DNA from: Planctomycetota bacterium
GTDB taxonomy: Bacteria; Planctomycetota; B15-G4; JADJEK01
Assembly: GCA_044225365.1 (NCBI GenBank)
Contig: JBGAIQ010000096.1
Location: forward strand, 1 to 10,574
Direction: 5' to 3'
DNA length: 10,574 nt
Shown: in pieces, positions 7,252 through 10,574 of the stretch
How positions within the stretch are numbered: the first letter of the stretch is position 1
How the letters are laid out: every line of letters begins with the position of its first letter
Notes under the pieces: model-generated
What the model was told of the DNA's origin: nothing
What the model saw: the letters and a program-made list of their open reading frames with translations, nothing else
The model's database searches: none
Program-made: the position numbers and the translations under genes

Positions 7252-8344
7252 GTCGATCCGACCGCGTCAGGCTCTTGCGCGACTCGACACGAACGAGGAT
7301 CGACGAGAGCAGCGCCATGAAGGCGAGGATCACCGCGATCATCCCGTACCGTGCGGCCGGCTTCTGCGACAGTGCGACGACACCCCACGCGGTGAGGATC
7401 AGATGGACGCCCCACAGCAGCATCACGGCCGATGCCGGATCGAGCCCCGCGCCGACGAGTCGATGCGACAGATGCCGTGCGTCCCCGGTGAACAGCGGCC
7501 GTTTCTCGCGCCAGCGATTCACGACCGAGAACAGGATGTCGAAGAGCGGAATGCCGAGCAGCAGCATGGGCGGCACGAACGCGTCGAGCCCGTAGAACTT
7601 CGCTCCCGCCGAGAGGAATCCGCTCGTGAAATCGAGCGTGACGACGGCGAGGAAGAAGCCCGCGACGTGGCTCCCCGCATCGCCGAGATAGATGCGCGCC
7701 TTCGGATAGTTGTACGGCAGGAACCCGAGGAATGCGCCGCCGAGCGCGCCCGCGATCCGAGCGTATCGCACGTCCGCATCGCCCGTGAGGCCGAAGAGCC
7801 CGACGAGGAACGACAACATCGAGAGCCCGGGACACAGCCCGTTCATGTTGTCGACGAAGTTGACGGCGTTCACGACCGTGAGGAACCAGAGCGTCGTCGC
7901 CGCGAGATAGAAGACGTCGCCGATCGATCCGTGCCCGCGCGCGACCTCCGCGATGCGTTCGCCGAAGAGCAAGACGATGGCGAAGAGCTGACCCAGGAAC
8001 TTGGGGAGCGGACCGACCTTGTCCTTGAACGCATCGTCGACGAGGCCGATGACGAACATGATCCCGCCCGCGAGATACACCGCGCCGCACCCGCGGAACG
8101 AGAGTTCGAGACCGCCGTCGAGCAGACCCGCAGTGGCGAGAACGGCGCAGATCGCGGCGACGACCACTCCGAGTCCGCCGAGCAGCGGGACCGGAGCCGC
8201 CTGACTCTTGCGCGTTCCCGGAGCGCCCGGCTTGTCGGTGATGTCGAAGCGGACGGCGATCTTGCGCGCGAGTGGAACCGTGGCGAGCGTCGCGGCGATC
8301 GCGATCCCGGCGGCGATCATTCCCTGTTGCGGTGCGGCGATCAT
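7241..8344 (-). CDS. WecA/TagO/MraY-family polyprenyl-phosphate N-acetylhexosamine-1-phosphate transferase (Glycos_transf_4), 367 aa
   Basis: A polytopic membrane protein with D.P...RK....PVPLLGG, IGLVDD, NAVNFVDNMNGL, YNYPKARIYLGDAGS, PLFD and GDARHLSHRL. The last motif favours WecA/TagO type over MraY. Confidence 0.92.
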   Translation of the reverse strand: MIAAPQQGMIAAGIAIAATLATVPLARKIAVRFDITDKPGAPGTRKSQAAPVPLLGGLGVVVAAICAVLATAGLLDGGLELSFRGCGAVYLAGGIMFVIGLVDDAFKDKVGPLPKFLGQLFAIVLLFGERIAEVARGHGSIGDVFYLAATTLWFLTVVNAVNFVDNMNGLCPGLSMLSFLVGLFGLTGDADVRYARIAGALGGAFLGFLPYNYPKARIYLGDAGSHVAGFFLAVVTLDFTSGFLSAGAKFYGLDAFVPPMLLLGIPLFDILFSVVNRWREKRPLFTGDARHLSHRLVGAGLDPASAVMLLWGVHLILTAWGVVALSQKPAARYGMIAVILAFMALLSSILVRVESRKSLTRSDRHGR

Positions 8345-8354
8345 CGTGGCTCGT

Positions 8355-9455
8355 TCAGATCGAGACGCGCAAGACCCGCCGCGCGAGCGCGTACGTGCCG
8401 TCGAGCTCCGCGAGGATCTCGGAGAGCGGGATGTCGTCGTTCAACGCGAGTCGGTTGAGTTCGAACCGCGGCGTCTTCGGCGTATTCGTTCCTTCCATCG
8501 CCGCGCACGACGCGATGTAGCCGAGTTCGGTCAACGTGTCGATGCAGGTGGCGTTGTAGTCCCACTTGCGACCGAACGGATACGCGAACGTGTCGACGGG
8601 CGCGTCGATCTTCTCGCGAAGCTCGCGCGTCGAGCCCTCGATCTCGGTCCGGACGCCGTGCTCGTCGAGCCGCGAGAGGATCTCGTGATGGATCGTGTGG
8701 GCACCGATCTCGATTCCGCCCTTCGCGAGATCCTTCACTTCGTCCCAGGTGAGATATGACTTCGCGATCGCTTCGTCGCTGCCGCCGATCGCGAGGAGGA
8801 TCTCGCTCGTCACGCGTTCACGGTCCTGGAAGTCCGCTTCGTACTTCAGGACGCGCTTGAAGTCGTAGAGTGATCCCAGGTCGCTGCCCTTCGCCTTCGC
8901 CTTCTCGAGCAGTTCCTTCACGCGCGGCTCGCGCGTGCGCTCCATGTACTCCTGCGCGAAGAACGCCTCGCCCTTCGTGTGCACGACGAAGAAGTAGCGG
9001 TGCATCCACGTCACCCGCCGCGAGCCGATCACGCCGGTCTCGACGTAGACCGTCCCGCCTGCGCCGTGTCGTTTCAGGAGCGGCATCGCCACCGTGAGGT
9101 TGTCGCGGTAGCCGTCGTCCATCGAGAACGCGACGAGGCCCTTCGTGTCCTCGCCCTTCGCGAGGGCCTTCGCGAGATCGCGGACCGAGACCACCCTGAC
9201 CTTGCGCCGCGCGAGCGCACGCAGCAGCTCATCGACTTTGGCCTCGCTCGTCTTCATGTCGGCGGGCAGATACGCCGTCTCGGGGAGATGCCCCACGCAA
9301 TGCGTCATCACGATGCCGCCGCTCTGCGCGCAGCCGAACTTGCGCAGGACGAGGCCGAGTCCCATTCCGTTCGCCGCCGCGAACGCCTTGCGGAGGAACT
9401 TGCGGAGACGGTTCTTGATGCGGTGTTGGATCGGAGCCATCAGCCTGTTCGCCAT
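8355..9455 (-). CDS. Polysaccharide deacetylase (NodB/CE4 family) with a long internal insertion, 366 aa
   Basis: Motifs are FSMDDGYRDN (motif 1), YLTWDEVKDL, EIGAHTIHHEIL (HxxxH) and FAYPFG. There are ~90 extra residues between the TVYV strand and LTWDEV. Its stop is 10 nt from the next start. An alternative start is at 9440. Confidence 0.9.
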   Translation of the reverse strand: MANRLMAPIQHRIKNRLRKFLRKAFAAANGMGLGLVLRKFGCAQSGGIVMTHCVGHLPETAYLPADMKTSEAKVDELLRALARRKVRVVSVRDLAKALAKGEDTKGLVAFSMDDGYRDNLTVAMPLLKRHGAGGTVYVETGVIGSRRVTWMHRYFFVVHTKGEAFFAQEYMERTREPRVKELLEKAKAKGSDLGSLYDFKRVLKYEADFQDRERVTSEILLAIGGSDEAIAKSYLTWDEVKDLAKGGIEIGAHTIHHEILSRLDEHGVRTEIEGSTRELREKIDAPVDTFAYPFGRKWDYNATCIDTLTELGYIASCAAMEGTNTPKTPRFELNRLALNDDIPLSEILAELDGTYALARRVLRVSI

Positions 9456-9508
9456 CGCCGGTCGCGCGCAGCGCAGCCTGCCTCGGCTGCTTCAACGTGC
9501 ATCGACCG

Positions 9509-9528
9509 AATCTCGCTTCGAGATTATG
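9509..9528 (-). promoter_or_regulatory. Putative -10 element overlapped by an inverted repeat (candidate operator)
   Basis: CATAAT is on the minus strand at 9528-9523. The inverted repeat AATCTCG-N3-CGAGATT spans 9509-9525. TTGCTC (9549-9544) lies upstream at a suboptimal 15 nt spacing. Confidence 0.45.
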
Positions 9529-9579
9529 GCGCGCGGTCGCGGAGAGCAACGGAACAAACTCGCCGCAACGACGGTTCCG

Positions 9580-9771
9580 TCAAGTCCGCGGCTTGCGAAG
9601 CGACATACCGGCGAAGATCAGCCCCGCCGCCGGGATCCCGCGGAGCAGCAGACCATCGATGGCACCAATCGGATTCCAGAAGATCGTGAAGAGACAGAAC
9701 ACGGCGGTCAGCCCGAGCAGCCCGCCCACGATGAGCAATCCGAGGCCGATCTGCCGCGCGCTCTCCTTCAC
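9580..9771 (-). CDS. Small two-helix membrane protein, 63 aa, unknown function
   Basis: The GTG at 9771 gives MKESARQIGLGLLIVGGLLGLTAVFCLFTIFWNPIGAIDGLLLRGIPAAGLIFAGMSLRKPRT, with two hydrophobic stretches and basic ends. It fits without overlap 22 nt after the GNAT stop. The longer ORF to 9891 would overlap the GNAT gene. Confidence 0.68.
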   Translation of the reverse strand: MKESARQIGLGLLIVGGLLGLTAVFCLFTIFWNPIGAIDGLLLRGIPAAGLIFAGMSLRKPRT

Positions 9772-9793
9772 GAAGCCAGAGTGAAAACGGCGC

Positions 9794-10573
9794 TCACACC
9801 GGCGACACGTGCTCGACGTCGCGGTCGCCGTCGAAGACGTACCACTGCGTGGGATCGAGGAGCGTCGCCGATTTGGGGTTCCCGTCCTCACGCAGGACGC
9901 GCACGATGTACGGCGTCGCGGTGCGGAAAGGTGTCGTCTTCGGGTGCTTGAAGAATCCGTTGCGCTTCAGCATCGCGGCGACGCGCGCGCAGGGCAAGGT
10001 CGAGAGCAGTGCGAGCCCGCAGCCTTCGCGACGGAATTCGCCGACCGCAGCGCGCAACAGCGCGTCCTCGACCGCTGTGTCGAGACCAAGGATGTCGACG
10101 ACGTAGCCGCGACCGTGGGCGATCTCGATCACCACGTAGCCGACCAGGTCCTCGCCGCGTTCCGCCACGAGGATGCGGTGCTTGCGAGTCGGCGTGTCGG
10201 CGTAGCGCCAGTTCAAGTACTCGGCGTCGCGCACGAACGCGATCGGCAGCGCGGGAGCCACCTTCGCGAACAAGGCGTCGACACGCGAGTCGAAGCGATC
10301 GATAGGTCGCGTCTCGATGCCCTGGACGCTCGCGGTACGCGCGCTGCGGCCCAAGATCGAGAGCACGGCGCGCAGGACGAGCGAGGCAGGCAGCGCGAGC
10401 GGGCCGAGGCGATTCTCGAGCACGCGCTTCGCATCGACGACGGCGATGTACTGCTGGTACGTGCCGATCGCCTTCCACCCGTTCTTCAGGAAGCCGTGCA
10501 TCGACTGGCGGCCCGCGACGGCCATGCAGACCGGCGCGCCCTCGCCGCCGCAGTGGCGGGCGGCATCGTCGTC
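9794..10573 (-). CDS. GNAT-fold N-acyltransferase (tandem-GNAT type seen in polysaccharide clusters), 5'-partial
   Basis: The frame stays open to the window edge (DDDAARHCGGEGAPVCMAVAGRQSMHGFLKNGW...). Motifs are SxxGFxKxGW, IDRFDSRVDALF, VRDAEYLNWRY, LVGYVV, GYVVDI, LKRNGF and C-terminal WYVFDGDRD. Confidence 0.8.
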   Translation of the reverse strand, partial: DDDAARHCGGEGAPVCMAVAGRQSMHGFLKNGWKAIGTYQQYIAVVDAKRVLENRLGPLALPASLVLRAVLSILGRSARTASVQGIETRPIDRFDSRVDALFAKVAPALPIAFVRDAEYLNWRYADTPTRKHRILVAERGEDLVGYVVIEIAHGRGYVVDILGLDTAVEDALLRAAVGEFRREGCGLALLSTLPCARVAAMLKRNGFFKHPKTTPFRTATPYIVRVLREDGNPKSATLLDPTQWYVFDGDRDVEHVSPV

Positions 10574-10574
10574 G

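Noticed and set aside
1141-8771. Repeated GCGATCGC octamer (HIP1-like) at 1141, 2125, 2701, 6177, 7178, 8295 and 8764
   Set aside because: All seven copies I found encode Ala-Ile-Ala (GCG ATC GCN) in the coding frame, so codon usage explains them. True HIP1 enrichment would be frame-independent.
4690-9951. Plus-strand ORFs opposite the operon (4690..5460, 5189..6256, 5917..7320, 6383..8458, 8979..9689, 9145..9951)
   Set aside because: They are antisense to motif-bearing genes and have low-complexity R/S/A-rich translations.

Overview
High-GC bacterial window with no RNA genes, CRISPR array or mobile element visible. It looks like part of a cell-envelope glycoconjugate synthesis and modification region. 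A tightly packed minus-strand run reads: GNAT-fold acyltransferase (5'-truncated by the window edge), a ~63-aa two-helix membrane protein, a NodB-type polysaccharide deacetylase, a WecA/TagO/MraY-family phosphoglycosyltransferase, two translationally coupled membrane-anchored EEP-family phosphodiesterases, and a class I SAM methyltransferase. This run converges on a large plus-strand protein: multi-TM N-terminus, an apparently degenerate spermidine-synthase-like domain, and C-terminal TPRs. That gene is transcribed divergently from a cobalamin-binding radical SAM enzyme. A further minus-strand gene probably starts at base 3. Several enzymes carry substitutions in normally conserved motifs. All family calls come from motif recognition by eye, not database searches.
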